Source of the DNA: an uncultured Clostridia bacterium
GTDB taxonomy: Bacteria > Bacillota > Clostridia > Christensenellales > Borkfalkiaceae
Reading direction: 5' to 3'
NCBI GenBank assembly: GCA_944368155.1
Contig: CALVWW010000001.1
Location: 308,738 to 372,737, forward strand
DNA length: 64,000 bases
The notes under the pieces are model-generated. The model was not told where the DNA came from and searched no databases. It worked only from the letters and a program-made list of their open reading frames with translations. Below are positions 1-10,011 of this stretch, piece by piece. The position numbers and the translations under genes were made by a program. Positions within the stretch are counted from its first letter, which is position 1. Every line of letters starts with the position of its first letter.

Positions 1-659
1 ATGGCATACCTGTCGAACTCTTTTTTATCGTGCTTGAACAAATATCCGAGGTCGAGAGTTTTGAAGCCGTATTTCTTTTTAAGCATCTCGGCTATTCTCT
101 TTGCACGCGGGTCAGGCTGTTCGGGAACTTTTATTTCATAACTTGTCCAGTCTACAACCTTATATGCGCCGAGCTTTTCCATGTGTTCGGTATAATACGG
201 ATAGTTGTACAGCTCTATGTACGACGCCTCTTTATCGTACCCGTCTACAAGCATACCTTCCTCATTGAGGTCGGAAAAGCTCATGGGGCCGATAATCTCT
301 GTCATGCCGAGCTCCTTTGCCCATGCAAAGAGTTTATCGAACATGGCCTTTGTAACTTCAAAATCATCGATGACGTCGAAGCGGGTAAAGCGCAACTGCT
401 TCACCCCGAACTTTTCATTGGCGCCGCGGTGCCATATGCCGGCGATTCTGCCTGCAATTTTACCGTCTTTGTAAGCCAGAAACATTCTGCAGTCAGCAAA
501 ACGGAACGCGTCGTTCACAGCCGGGTCAAATTCGGCAAATTCATCGAAATAAAAATTAGGGGCGGCATATTCGTTGCCCTTATACAAATCAATGAGGAAT
601 TTAAAAAACTTCTTTTTGCCCTTTTTGTCGTTCAAACTTATTTCTTTTACTTCAATCAT
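1..659 (-). CDS. Partial CDS (3' end beyond left edge): GNAT-like acyltransferase-fold protein of unknown function
   Basis: Absent from the ORF track because it runs off the window. Manual minus-strand translation from ATG 659-657 is open to position 1: MIEVKEISLNDKKGKKKFFKFLIDLYKGNEYAAPNFYFDEFAEF...KIAGRIAGIWHRGANEKFG...FAWAKELGMTEIIGPMSFSD. Its start overlaps the degV stop by 4 nt (ATGA). The family call is from memory of similar Clostridia proteins. Confidence 0.45.
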   Translation of the reverse strand, partial: MIEVKEISLNDKKGKKKFFKFLIDLYKGNEYAAPNFYFDEFAEFDPAVNDAFRFADCRMFLAYKDGKIAGRIAGIWHRGANEKFGVKQLRFTRFDVIDDFEVTKAMFDKLFAWAKELGMTEIIGPMSFSDLNEEGMLVDGYDKEASYIELYNYPYYTEHMEKLGAYKVVDWTSYEIKVPEQPDPRAKRIAEMLKKKYGFKTLDLGYLFKHDKKEFDRYA

Positions 660-1540
660 TTCACATTCTCCAAAGGTATCGGACGTCTGTCCGCAATAAA
701 AATTACTCCGAGCGTACCCGGACCGCAATGCGCGCCTATGACCGGACCGACGGTCTGCCTCAGGACGTTGGCTTCAGGACGGCGCTCGCGTATAAGTCCG
801 GCAAGCTGGTCGCCTTCCTCTTTGCAATCTGCGTCAAGCACATATACCGGATATTCGAAGCCTGTAATCTGCCTTGCAACCTTTTCGGCAAGATTGCGGA
901 TGGCCTTCCTGCGCCCCGTAACCTTTTCGATAACGCTCAAACCGCCCTGAGAATTAAACGTCAGTACAGGTTTTATCGAAAGCAGCGTGCCCATGGCCGC
1001 CGACGCAGCCGAGAGTCTGCCGCCGCGCTTTAAATGCATTAAATCGTCAACGACGAAATATACGGCCACACGGTTGGTAAACTCATTCAAAAATGCAATA
1101 ATCTCCTCGTCAGACGCGCCTCTGTTTTTAAGTTTAGCGGCCTCCATAACCTGAATGCCCGCACCGATGGAGATAGATTTTGTATCGAACACAGTGCATT
1201 TGCGCCCGGGATACTGCTCTTTAAGTTCGGCAAGGGCTTTATCGAGCTGAGCAAATGTGCCGCTCATTGCCTTGGAGAAGCAGATATACAGCACATCCTG
1301 CCCCTTTGAAAAGTACGACCCGATAATATCTTTATAGTTATCGGGATTGAGCGCCTGAGTTTTGGGCACTGCGCCGCTTCGCACCGCCGAATAGAAGGCG
1401 GCAAAGTCGGTATGCCTGCCGAGGTCATACAAATATTCACTGTCGCCGCAGACATAAGGCATCGGAATAAAATCGATTCCGAGTTTTTCGATGTCTGTAT
1501 ACCACAGCTCACAGTTGGAATCACACAATAAAACACTCAT
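656..1540 (-). CDS. DegV family (fatty-acid-binding) protein
   Basis: ORF 656..1600. The first sensible Met is at 1540 (MSVLLCDSNCELWYTD...). It is about 294 aa and carries DegV-type motifs: VVDDLMHLKRGGRLS and GPVIGAHCGPGTLGV. Confidence 0.85.
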   Translation of the reverse strand: MSVLLCDSNCELWYTDIEKLGIDFIPMPYVCGDSEYLYDLGRHTDFAAFYSAVRSGAVPKTQALNPDNYKDIIGSYFSKGQDVLYICFSKAMSGTFAQLDKALAELKEQYPGRKCTVFDTKSISIGAGIQVMEAAKLKNRGASDEEIIAFLNEFTNRVAVYFVVDDLMHLKRGGRLSAASAAMGTLLSIKPVLTFNSQGGLSVIEKVTGRRKAIRNLAEKVARQITGFEYPVYVLDADCKEEGDQLAGLIRERRPEANVLRQTVGPVIGAHCGPGTLGVIFIADRRPIPLENVK

Positions 1541-1689
1541 AAAATATAAACTGCCCGCGAATTGAATCTCTGCGTGCAAAGCCGGGGGCATGCAATGCAC
1601 TTACAACACACACGTTTTATTTTACCATTGCGAGACTATTTTGTCAATTAATTGTCATATTTTTCTATTACAAACACACCTGTCGGCCA

Positions 1690-1731
1690 AAATAAAGCTG
1701 CGCCGCGGCGGAAATACTCTGCTGCGGCGCA
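1690..1731 (-). terminator. Rho-independent terminator after the mreB-like gene
   Basis: Stem TGCGCCGC (1699-1706) pairs with GCGGCGCA (1724-1731). On the minus strand it is followed by GCTTTATTTT. Confidence 0.55.
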
Positions 1732-1770
1732 AATTGTATTTATACAAACTTTTTAAACCGACCGGAAAAT

Positions 1771-2781
1771 TCAGTCCTGCGTGGCGGCCTTGCGACGGAA
1801 ATATTCGCTGGAGATAATCGTACCGCCGCCTATTACCGCCGCGAGCTGAGGCTCGTCGAAAGTATTTATCGTAATTCCGAGTTTTTCGGAAAAATATTCC
1901 GCAAGACCGTCCATCTTGCACAGACCGCCTGAAAGGAAGATGCCGCTGTGAATTACCGCGGAAGCAACCTCCGAGGGGAGCTGTGAAATCATGAGCGACA
2001 CATACTCGATAATTTTATCCACATACAGCTCCAGCACTTCATATATGAGCGATGTTGAAACCATTACCGAAGCGGGTGCGCCGGTAGAGGCGTCGGTGCC
2101 GTCCACCATCATAGTTTTATCGTCGTCGGGAAGGAAACTGCCTACGGTATTCTTTATGCGTTCGGCAGTAATCGCACCTATGCGCAGATTGAAATTTTCA
2201 ATCATAAAATCAATGATGTGCACATCAATATTTCCGCCGCCGAGGTTCATGCTCATGCCCGCAATTACACCGTCGAGCGAAAATGCTGCAATATTTGTGA
2301 GGCCGTAGCCGATATCCACGCTGAACACCGGCGTGGAATCGCCAAGCGGGACATTATGACCGAGTACGGCGGCAAACGGCGTCTGCGTGAAGTATACCTT
2401 ACCGATATTGCACTCATCGGCAAGGCGCAGATATTTGCGCTTCAAATTGGGCTTGGAGCCGCAGGGAAGAATAAATACCACCTCTGTATTGCGGGCGCGG
2501 CGCTCGTTGATTTCAATCTTTTCAAGAAAATAGCGCAACATATCGGCCGCAATGTCGGGCTGGGCAATATCTCCGTCGGTTACGGGGTTTATTATGTGCG
2601 TATTCTGCGCCTCCCTTCCGGAGAGGGCGCGCGCCCTTTCGCCGAAAGATTTGACGTTATATCTTCCCTCTCCGGGAAGCTGTTCAATCGCGGCGCATGT
2701 AGGCTCGGCGAGCACTACGCCGCAGCCTGTTTTATAAATTTTTGTTACCCATGAACCTAAATCAATCGCAAGTTTTATCAT
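1771..2781 (-). CDS. MreB/Mbl-family actin-like ATPase (divergent paralog)
   Basis: 336 aa. It aligns by eye to MreB along its whole length: IDLGS..TKIY, VVLAEPTCAAI, SVDIGYGLTNIA, GGGNID, AERIK, LSGGL. It lies directly downstream of maf, as in Firmicute maf-mreB loci. Confidence 0.7.
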   Translation of the reverse strand: MIKLAIDLGSWVTKIYKTGCGVVLAEPTCAAIEQLPGEGRYNVKSFGERARALSGREAQNTHIINPVTDGDIAQPDIAADMLRYFLEKIEINERRARNTEVVFILPCGSKPNLKRKYLRLADECNIGKVYFTQTPFAAVLGHNVPLGDSTPVFSVDIGYGLTNIAAFSLDGVIAGMSMNLGGGNIDVHIIDFMIENFNLRIGAITAERIKNTVGSFLPDDDKTMMVDGTDASTGAPASVMVSTSLIYEVLELYVDKIIEYVSLMISQLPSEVASAVIHSGIFLSGGLCKMDGLAEYFSEKLGITINTFDEPQLAAVIGGGTIISSEYFRRKAATQD

Positions 2782-3335
2782 ATATCTTCTCGTACTTCCT
2801 TTAGCATATTGCTGACAAGCGCAACCGGCAATCCCACGACGTTGCTGTAACTGCCGTAATATTCGCGCACCAGCCCGCCGTCCTGTATACCGTAACTTCC
2901 CGCTTTATCGAGCGGGGAGCCGCTGTCGACATAAATTTTTATGAACGCTTCAGATAGAATGTTGAATCTTACTTCCGTTTTATCGTATTTTATAATTTTT
3001 TTATACTTGTTGCGTACGCATACGCCGGATATCACATAGTGCGTTTTGCCCGACAGGCGCCTCAGCGTTGCTGCGGCGTCGTCCCTGTTTTTAGGCTTGC
3101 CCAACACTTCGCCCTCGAACACGACTATTGTATCGCAACCTATCACTGTGCTTCCCGAATGGCGGTGAAATACCTCGTCGCACTTTCTTTCGGCAAGGGC
3201 GCAGGCGATATCTTCGGGGAAGAGCGAAAGATTTACTTCCTCGCCACCGCGCGGGGGGTCGACTATAAAATCTTCGACTATCTGGGAGAGCAGCTCCCTG
3301 CGCCGCGGGGAGGCACTTGCGAGAACATACTGCAT
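2778..3335 (-). CDS. maf: Maf-like nucleoside triphosphate pyrophosphatase (septum formation protein)
   Basis: The N-terminal motif YVLASASPRRRELLSQI and GSYGIQD are present. The longest ORF begins with TTG at 3383, abutting the ppx stop, with no SD. ATG at 3335 gives the canonical N-terminus. The start is uncertain. Confidence 0.85.
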   Translation of the reverse strand: MQYVLASASPRRRELLSQIVEDFIVDPPRGGEEVNLSLFPEDIACALAERKCDEVFHRHSGSTVIGCDTIVVFEGEVLGKPKNRDDAAATLRRLSGKTHYVISGVCVRNKYKKIIKYDKTEVRFNILSEAFIKIYVDSGSPLDKAGSYGIQDGGLVREYYGSYSNVVGLPVALVSNMLKEVREDI

Positions 3336-3383
3336 ACGTTTCAACAAATAATGCCGCCAGCGAGCGGCATTATTCCTCTGCAA

Positions 3384-4898
3384 TTATAAGATTTCAAGAT
3401 TTTTGTGGAAGGACTTCTTGAATTCGGCCCCGGCCGCCATGGCGTCGCGTATCTCAAGGCTGGCATCGCCCTCCACTTCCGTCTTCATGATGACTGAATC
3501 GCCCAAAATATCACAGTTTATGCCCTTTATGCAGCCGGACATGCTTCTGTCCAGACTCTCTGCAATTCTGAGCATCACACCGAGGCGCTTTACAATTTCG
3601 ATATCGTCTTCATGCAACACATCTTTGAACCGCGCCCAGTCGAGGGGGTTGATATCCTCCTTCTTGTGACAGCAGGCGGTGAAAGCCGCCAGCACTATCT
3701 CCCTGTGGGAGACGCCGTATAAGTTGGCGTTGAGTATCATGTACCAACTGTGACGCTGGTGGTTATAATATTTGATGCGCATTCCGCAGTCGTGCAAAGT
3801 TGCGGCCACCTTGAGAACTTTCAGATACTGCCTGGGGAACTTATGCAGAACGCGCAGCTGCTTGAAGAGCTGGATGCTTAAATTTACGACGTGCTCCACA
3901 TGGTGCTCGTCGCAGTCGTACCACTTGACAAGCGTGGTCAGGGAGTACGTAAGAACGTCAGACACAGGCTTTTCGATTGTGGAAGGCAGAGCCTGGTTGA
4001 ACATAATGCCTTCGCGCAGGCCCGCGCCAGATATCGTGAAGTTATCGACGTGCATAAAGCTTATGAACGACCTTATAACGGCCAGCGCCGCGGGAAGAAT
4101 ATCGGCACGCTGTGCGGAAAGACCCTTTATCTTCTTCTTTTTGTCGAGGTCGAGCACCTTTATCATGTCGTACAGAGGTAAAAAGTCCTCCGTGAGCATG
4201 TTATAGTTGTGCACCGTATCGAGAGGATATTTGTGCACCATTTTATTAATTTTAAACAGGTTGCGGAAAGAACCTCCGACACCTATCATCTGGGCGTCGG
4301 GGTCGACATCGGAGAGCCACTCCACCCCTTTGAGCTGCTCGGTGAAGAACTCCTCTATCCTCTGCGCCTGCTCTTCGGGCTTAAGCCCGTCGCGCGAGAA
4401 CATATCCGTCAGAGTCACAGAACCGAACGGAAGAGTTACATAGTTGAGCATATTGCGCCTGTTGTAGTAGACTATTTTGGTGGAGCCGCCGCCTATTTCC
4501 AAAATTATGCCCTTGGGCACGTCCATGGTATTTATTACGCCGCGGTAAACCAAAGTTGCCTCCTCCTCGGCGGAGAGCACCTTTATTTTAAGGCCGCAGT
4601 TAGCCTGAATTTCATCGAGGAAACTGCGCTGGTTTTTCGCCTTGCGGACGGCCTCCGTAGCAACTGTGATTATTCTGCTCACGCCGCTTGCATCGCAGAG
4701 CTTGCGGAACATTTTTAAAGTTTTAATGGTCTCGGCAACGCGCTGCGGCTTTAAAAAACCATCGCGCTCCATATCCTGCCCGAGGCGGACGCTCTCTTTA
4801 AGTTCGTCAACCACCATAAAGTAGCCATCCTGAAAAAGGTTGACGATGACAAGCCTGGCAGAATTTGAGCCCAAATCAATAATTCCTATCTTTTCCAA
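3384..4898 (-). CDS. Ppx/GppA-family phosphatase with C-terminal HD domain (exopolyphosphatase-like)
   Basis: 504 aa. It has the N-terminal IIDLGSNSARLVIV and EIGGGSTK ASKHA motifs and a C-terminal HD-like region (LHDCG). TTG start at 4898 with GGAG 9 nt upstream. Confidence 0.85.
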   Translation of the reverse strand: MEKIGIIDLGSNSARLVIVNLFQDGYFMVVDELKESVRLGQDMERDGFLKPQRVAETIKTLKMFRKLCDASGVSRIITVATEAVRKAKNQRSFLDEIQANCGLKIKVLSAEEEATLVYRGVINTMDVPKGIILEIGGGSTKIVYYNRRNMLNYVTLPFGSVTLTDMFSRDGLKPEEQAQRIEEFFTEQLKGVEWLSDVDPDAQMIGVGGSFRNLFKINKMVHKYPLDTVHNYNMLTEDFLPLYDMIKVLDLDKKKKIKGLSAQRADILPAALAVIRSFISFMHVDNFTISGAGLREGIMFNQALPSTIEKPVSDVLTYSLTTLVKWYDCDEHHVEHVVNLSIQLFKQLRVLHKFPRQYLKVLKVAATLHDCGMRIKYYNHQRHSWYMILNANLYGVSHREIVLAAFTACCHKKEDINPLDWARFKDVLHEDDIEIVKRLGVMLRIAESLDRSMSGCIKGINCDILGDSVIMKTEVEGDASLEIRDAMAAGAEFKKSFHKNLEIL

Positions 4899-5271
4899 AA
4901 CAAATCACTCCTAAAACCCGATTAACCGCACGCATTGCCAGACGAGTATTTGTTCCCTCCATGGATGAGTACAGATAATAATAGTAAAATAAAGTATAGC
5001 GCGGGCGGCAACAAAAGAACGCCGCAATGAGATTTACGGCGCCCGTTTATCATGCGGACAAAAAAGCTTATTCTGCTTTTTTAAAAAACCACCCCAAGCT
5101 AAACAAATTATAGCATAACCATCGCTTTTTGTATATATTTTTTAAAAATTTTTGTGCAAAGTGCACATAAATAAATTTTTAAAAAGCCGGTTAATGCACA
5201 ATCGGCACTGACAACATCCGCAAATACTCAGCTGCCTGCGGTAAAAACAGTTGCAAAGTGCCGCGCAATCA

Positions 5272-6087
5272 TTATTTACTTGCCGGCACAGCTAAATTTT
5301 TTATCATAGTACCGGCGAGCGGACAGATAAAATCGGGAGCTATCTCCCTGAGCGGCTCTATTACGAACGACCTGTTCATATAGTCTGCATGCGGAATAGT
5401 GAGCCCGTCCTCGCATACGACTTCGCGGCCGTAAAAAATTATGTCGATATCCAATGTTCTGTCGTCCCAGCGGAGATTGCGGCTGCGTTCCCCCGCCGCC
5501 TCGATACGGTGTATTTCGGAGAGCAGAGCGCGCGGAGGCAGGTACGTTTCCACCTCGACACAGGCGTTCAGGAAGGTATTGTGCGCCACGCCGCCGTAAG
5601 GAGCGCTCTCTATATACGACGAAACTTTTTTTACTGTAATTCCGCGCGTGGCGGCAAGTTCCTTTACGGCAAAATCAAGGTACGCTTTTTTATCGCCCAT
5701 GCTCGAACCGAGCGAGAGATATGCCGTGGTGCGCTTAAGTTCGACTTCTGCGGCCACAGTTTTGAATCTGACCTTCAACGGCGCCTGCGGTTTTTCAACG
5801 CGCATTTTAACATAATCCGCCTTCGGAAAATTTTCGAGAATAGCTTGGGCGCAGCGGCCGGCGAGCGTCTCTATCAGGTTAAATACATTCTGCGTTGCCA
5901 CCGCAGTTATGATTTTACAGACGGTGGAATAATTTATTGTCTGGGCGACATCGTCGTTTTTTGCAGCCTCGTAAAAATCACAGCCGACCTCGGCAAAGAA
6001 TTCGAAGCGCTGAGGTTTACGCTTTTCAAAGTCATTTACTCCGTGGCAGGTATCTATCTTGAGTTTTTTTACTATTACTTTACCCAT
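5272..6087 (-). CDS. folK: Bifunctional dihydroneopterin aldolase / HPPK (FolB-FolK fusion)
   Basis: 271 aa. The N-terminal ~120 aa are FolB-like (GVNDFEKRKPQRFEF...). The C-terminal part is HPPK-like (AYLSLGSSMGDK..., RTLDIDIIFYG, IPH). It is the last gene of the fol operon. Confidence 0.8.
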   Translation of the reverse strand: MGKVIVKKLKIDTCHGVNDFEKRKPQRFEFFAEVGCDFYEAAKNDDVAQTINYSTVCKIITAVATQNVFNLIETLAGRCAQAILENFPKADYVKMRVEKPQAPLKVRFKTVAAEVELKRTTAYLSLGSSMGDKKAYLDFAVKELAATRGITVKKVSSYIESAPYGGVAHNTFLNACVEVETYLPPRALLSEIHRIEAAGERSRNLRWDDRTLDIDIIFYGREVVCEDGLTIPHADYMNRSFVIEPLREIAPDFICPLAGTMIKNLAVPASK

Positions 6088-6088
6088 T

Positions 6089-6874
6089 TTATTCTCCGTA
6101 TGATTGTAAAGCTTCTCTTATTGCTGCGACATTTTCTTTTACGTCGTGGACGCGCACAAACATTATACCCTTTACTGCCGCGAGTTTTGTAGCTTCGAGC
6201 GTGGGAGCAAGCCTGTCCTCAACTTTGCCGCCGAACATAGATTTGCGGCTCGCTCCGAGAAGAAGGGGATATCCGAGAGAGGCGAGCCTTTCGTATCCGT
6301 TCAAAAGTTCAAAATTCTGCTCCCTGCTCTTTGCAAACCCTATGCCTCCGTCAAGGCAAATTTTATCTTTTGCAATGCCCGCGTCAACCGCCAGTTTGGC
6401 CGACTTTTCTAAAAAGCCGAGCACGGGCGGCCAGATGTCTCCCTCTATCGGCTTTGCCGCATTGTGCATTATGCAGACCGCCGCACCGTATTCCGATATA
6501 ATCTGCGCCATATCATGGTCGTGCGTAAGTCCCCAAACGTCGTTTATCATATCAGCGCCGGCGTCGAGTGCGGCGCGCGCAGAGCGGGAAAAATAAGTAT
6601 CGACCGATACAGGCACGTCGAAATTGCGCTTTATCTCTTTCACCGTTTGCAAAAAACGGCTAATCTCCTCATCGGCGCTCACCTCGGAATAACCCGGGCG
6701 GGTAGACTGAGCGCCTATATCGATTATCGCCGCTCCCTCTGTCACTGCCCGCTCAACCGCGGCCAGCGCGCTTTTCGCCGTCTGGCGGCTTCCCTGCCAG
6801 AAACTGTCGGGAGTCAGATTAATTATTGCCATAACGTGCGTTCCGCACTCAAAAGACCTGTTGCCTATTATCAT
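6089..6874 (-). CDS. folP: Dihydropteroate synthase
   Basis: 261 aa with IINLTPDSF, IIDIGAQSTRPG, DGGIGFAK and SRKS motifs. Confidence 0.9.
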   Translation of the reverse strand: MIIGNRSFECGTHVMAIINLTPDSFWQGSRQTAKSALAAVERAVTEGAAIIDIGAQSTRPGYSEVSADEEISRFLQTVKEIKRNFDVPVSVDTYFSRSARAALDAGADMINDVWGLTHDHDMAQIISEYGAAVCIMHNAAKPIEGDIWPPVLGFLEKSAKLAVDAGIAKDKICLDGGIGFAKSREQNFELLNGYERLASLGYPLLLGASRKSMFGGKVEDRLAPTLEATKLAAVKGIMFVRVHDVKENVAAIREALQSYGE

Positions 6875-6889
6875 AAAATTAATACATGC

Positions 6890-7435
6890 TTACTTCAAAA
6901 GCGCCATGACCTCGGTCATTTTTTTCTCGGGAAAATCACCCGCAATACTGTAAGTTACAGTTTTTGAACCGAATTTTTTAACTCCGCGGCAGGTCATGCA
7001 GGTGTGCTCTGCCTCGCATAGCACAAGCACGCCGCGCGCACCGAGATACTTATGCACCGCATGCGCAATTTGTGAAGTGAGCTGTTCCTGAAGTTGCAGA
7101 CGCCTGGCGTAAACTTCGACCGTGCGGGCAAGTTTGGAGAGCCCCGCCACCTTCTTATCAGGGATATATGCAACGGCTATCCTGCCGAAGAACGGCATGA
7201 GGTGATGCTCGCAAGTCGAAGAAAAGTAAATATCCTTTTCAATCACCATCTCACCCGACTCAACGGCAAAGGCCCTTGACAGGTGGACCGACGCATCGTC
7301 GCCGTTGCCGCTGAGAAGCTCGGCGAACATATCGGCAACACGGGCGGGAGTGTCCTTAAGTCCCTCCCTCGACACGTCCTCGCCAACTGCGGCGAGAAAC
7401 TCCTCAACCGCTTTTATAGCCCTCTCTCTATCCAC
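6890..7435 (-). CDS. folE: GTP cyclohydrolase I
   Basis: [10 protein letters not shown] motif. The longest ORF starts at 7471. GTG at 7435 has GGAGG 7 nt upstream (7443-7447) and gives a typical ~181 aa protein. It overlaps the folC stop by 22 nt. Confidence 0.9.
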   Translation of the reverse strand: MDRERAIKAVEEFLAAVGEDVSREGLKDTPARVADMFAELLSGNGDDASVHLSRAFAVESGEMVIEKDIYFSSTCEHHLMPFFGRIAVAYIPDKKVAGLSKLARTVEVYARRLQLQEQLTSQIAHAVHKYLGARGVLVLCEAEHTCMTCRGVKKFGSKTVTYSIAGDFPEKKMTEVMALLK

Positions 7436-8622
7436 TCTCTTGCCTCCTTTAAAATTGTAAAACTGCCGCAAACGGCCACTACGCCGCCGTCGGCCGATTC
7501 AAGCGCCTCAGCTATGCTACCCGCCCCTTGGACAAGGGGGAACGCAGCTTCGCACGCGGAAAGTATTTTATCAAACTCCATAGCTCTGTAACTGTTAGGC
7601 CGCACAGCTATGACTTCTTCGGCGCACCCTTCAAGTTTTTGCAAAACGGCCGCTATATCTTTGTCGCGCAGGCAACCGTAAACTACTATGCGACGCATAG
7701 AACTGTATCTTTTTTTGAGAAATTGCGCAAGTGGCACCATGCTTTCGGGATTATGAGCCCCGTCGAGAATGTATTCCCTGCCGCGTGAACAGATTACCTG
7801 AAGTCTGCCGGCAAACTCAGCCCGCCGCACGCCTGCGGCTACCGCATCTGCATTTATGCCGAGCTCCTTTGCTGCGGTTATTGCCGCGGCAGCATTATAG
7901 GGTTGCTTGCAACCGAGCATCTTTGTTGTATATTTTTCCCCTCCGCAGAAAAAAGTTGTGTTCTCCTTCCCCTCCTCAATATATTCGGGCGGCATGGAGA
8001 GCGCCGCTCCGAGGGAGAAAAATATGCCGCGAACCTCTTCGGGCACGCACTGTGAAATTACTGCCGGACAGTCTTTTATTATGCCGGCCTTATGGCGGGC
8101 AATCTGCTCTAACCTTTCACCCAGCCATGCGGTATGCTCGAGCGAAATCGAAGTGATAACGGCAAGAATTTTTTTTCTTACGGCATTGGTGGTATCGAGC
8201 AGCCCGCCCATGCAACATTCGATAACGGCATATTCGCACCCTTCTTCCGCAAACATGAGAAAGGCCGCCGCCGTTTGAATTTCATAAGCGGTGGGCTTAT
8301 CGGCAAGCTCTTCGGCGGCACGCCCGGCAAGGCTGATATAGTGCGCGCACCGGCGCGAGGGAACGCCGCCGATTAAAAACTGTTCTTCAAACGAGTACAC
8401 CTCCGGCGTAATATATGTGCCTACGCGTTTTCCCGCCGCGAGCAGGATATGCGTGAGATAGATACATACCGAGCCCTTGCCGTTGGTACCGGCAACGTGA
8501 ATTATCTTGAGTTTATCATCGGGGGAGCCGAGGGCGTTTAAAAGTGCGCGCGTGCGTTCCGTTCCGAAACGCATTCCCTCGCTCCTCTTTACGACTATTT
8601 GTTCTATCGGGGAAAGTTGCAT
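7414..8622 (-). CDS. folC: Folylpolyglutamate synthase / dihydrofolate synthase
   Basis: 402 aa with the Mur-ligase P-loop [10 protein letters not shown]. It is the first gene after the THF riboswitch. Confidence 0.9.
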   Translation of the reverse strand: MQLSPIEQIVVKRSEGMRFGTERTRALLNALGSPDDKLKIIHVAGTNGKGSVCIYLTHILLAAGKRVGTYITPEVYSFEEQFLIGGVPSRRCAHYISLAGRAAEELADKPTAYEIQTAAAFLMFAEEGCEYAVIECCMGGLLDTTNAVRKKILAVITSISLEHTAWLGERLEQIARHKAGIIKDCPAVISQCVPEEVRGIFFSLGAALSMPPEYIEEGKENTTFFCGGEKYTTKMLGCKQPYNAAAAITAAKELGINADAVAAGVRRAEFAGRLQVICSRGREYILDGAHNPESMVPLAQFLKKRYSSMRRIVVYGCLRDKDIAAVLQKLEGCAEEVIAVRPNSYRAMEFDKILSACEAAFPLVQGAGSIAEALESADGGVVAVCGSFTILKEAREWIERGL

Positions 8623-8653
8623 AACAAATTAAAAACGGACACCCGACGGCGTC

Positions 8654-8838
8654 CTAAAAAAAGCAACGGGCGCAAGAGAGCGCCCGCAATAAACCGAAAC
8701 AAATCGAAACGAAGGCGACGCCGAACGTTTCTTTGCACAGTTAAACTTTAAATGAGGGACGCGCACAGCCACCGCAGGTTTTACCTTTCGTGCGCCGACT
8801 GTCCTATCGGCACCACTTAACGCGACTGCGCATTAACT
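8654..8838 (-). promoter_or_regulatory. THF (tetrahydrofolate) riboswitch with intrinsic-terminator expression platform
   Basis: The minus strand reads GCGCAGUCGCGUUAAGUGGUGCCGAUAGGACAGUCGGCGCACGAAAGGUAAAACCUGCGGUGGCUGUGCGCGUCCC. It contains UCGCGUUAAGUG and ACGAA..GCGGUG, as in the E. siraeum THF aptamer (recalled from memory). The P3 hairpin is GUGCCGA/UCGGCGC. Loop GGAC can pair with the downstream GUCC as a pseudoknot. A terminator GCGGGCGC-UCUCUU-GCGCCCG plus a U-run (8654-8687) follows, and folC is downstream. Confidence 0.8.
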
Positions 8839-8845
8839 TTTTTAG

Positions 8846-8874
8846 AGTATAGCACAAAGCACGGCAATTTGCAA
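8846..8874 (-). promoter_or_regulatory. Sigma-A type promoter of the riboswitch/fol operon
   Basis: Minus strand: TTGCAA, 17 nt spacer, TATACT, with an extended -10 TG (TGCTATACT). Confidence 0.6.
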
Positions 8875-8909
8875 GGAATATTGCACACGATTTTAGCGAT
8901 ACTTATTGT

Positions 8910-9581
8910 ATGGCGCTTATTTTTGTGCGGACGGCGATTATTTTTTTGACATTGCTTATCGTGATGCGCCTCATGGGCAAAAGTCAGATAGGCGAAATGC
9001 AGCCGTTTGAATTTATTATTACCCTGCTCATTGCAGAACTTGCATGCATACCGATGGCCGACTCCACCATTCCGCTGCTTTACGGCGTGGTTTCCATTGT
9101 GGCCATGTTCATACTTCACCAGATAGTCTGGCTGCTCGATTTGTGGTTCAACCCGATGAAGGCCATCATTTGCGGCAGACCCTCTATAGTCATTACAAAG
9201 GAAGGCATAGACGAGTATCAGCTGAAAAAGAACAACCTTGACGTGAGCGACCTCGTTGAGAGCATGCGTGCGGCCGGCTATTTTAACCTCGACGACGTCT
9301 ATTACGGACTGTATGAAGCAAACGGAAGTTTTTCGGCGCTTGAAAAAGAAGAAAAAACAAGTTCCCTCGCCGTGACGCTCATCGACAGCGGAAAGCTCAA
9401 CAGACACAACCTTTCCACCTGCGGAATTACAAGAGAAACGCTGGACGAGTTTTTGAAGGAACAGCACGTAAAAATTAACAAAGTACTCGTAATGACCGTG
9501 GACGGCGACGGCAGAGTTTACTTCCAGCGGCGCGGTGAGGCCTATAAGATACTTAAGATAGCGGTGAATGAAAAATGGTAA
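8910..9581 (+). CDS. DUF421 (YetF-like) membrane protein
   Basis: 223 aa. The N-terminal part FVRTAIIFLTLLIVMRLMGKSQIGEMQPFEFIITLLIAE is typical of DUF421/YetF. It is paired with DUF4363, as is common in spore formers. No clear SD. Confidence 0.75.
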   Translation: MALIFVRTAIIFLTLLIVMRLMGKSQIGEMQPFEFIITLLIAELACIPMADSTIPLLYGVVSIVAMFILHQIVWLLDLWFNPMKAIICGRPSIVITKEGIDEYQLKKNNLDVSDLVESMRAAGYFNLDDVYYGLYEANGSFSALEKEEKTSSLAVTLIDSGKLNRHNLSTCGITRETLDEFLKEQHVKINKVLVMTVDGDGRVYFQRRGEAYKILKIAVNEKW

Positions 9582-9952
9582 AATCTATATGCCTTACGCT
9601 GGCGGCAGTTGTGCTGTGCGCGGCATTCTTTGTTTTTGTTGATATATACCTCGGAAAAGAATTCGGAGAGTTTAAAGGCGCAGTCGAAACTCTGTATGAA
9701 AAGGTAGAGGACGGCGAAGCCAATATCGGCGACGCCGACGCCGTGCGCGCCATGTGGACGGGCAAAAAGAGCAAACTGCAGATGTTCATTCCCCACAACG
9801 ACATTTCATACGTTGACTACAGACTGAACGAAGCATTTTCATATATATACACCAAGGACTACCCGCTTGCGCTCGCAAATCTTGAAATAGTCAAAAAGAT
9901 GGCACAGAACCTGCCCGACAACTATCGGCTCAAACTTGAAAACATATTTTAA
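9575..9952 (+). CDS. DUF4363-like small membrane-anchored protein
   Basis: 125 aa with an N-terminal TM helix. It overlaps the DUF421 gene by 7 nt. The family call is from memory of DUF421-DUF4363 gene pairs. Confidence 0.55.
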   Translation: MVKSICLTLAAVVLCAAFFVFVDIYLGKEFGEFKGAVETLYEKVEDGEANIGDADAVRAMWTGKKSKLQMFIPHNDISYVDYRLNEAFSYIYTKDYPLALANLEIVKKMAQNLPDNYRLKLENIF

Positions 9953-9960
9953 AATAATCC

Positions 9961-9993
9961 TGCGGCGGCGCGCATTATTTGCGCGCCGCCGCA
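9961..9993. terminator. Bidirectional terminator hairpin between convergent genes
   Basis: A perfect 13-bp stem, TGCGGCGGCGCGC / GCGCGCCGCCGCA, with loop ATTATTT. Confidence 0.75.
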
Positions 9994-10011
9994 TTAACTT
10001 TGAATCGGATG

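Noticed and set aside
30-950. A 306-aa plus-strand ORF at the left edge.
   Set aside because: It lies antisense to two well-supported minus-strand genes, the GNAT-like partial CDS and degV. It has no SD and an odd composition, so it is a shadow ORF.
8817-9467. A 216-aa minus-strand ORF.
   Set aside because: It is antisense to the DUF421 gene, and its 3' end would run into the THF riboswitch aptamer. The translation is low-complexity and His/Lys/Cys-rich, so it is a shadow ORF.
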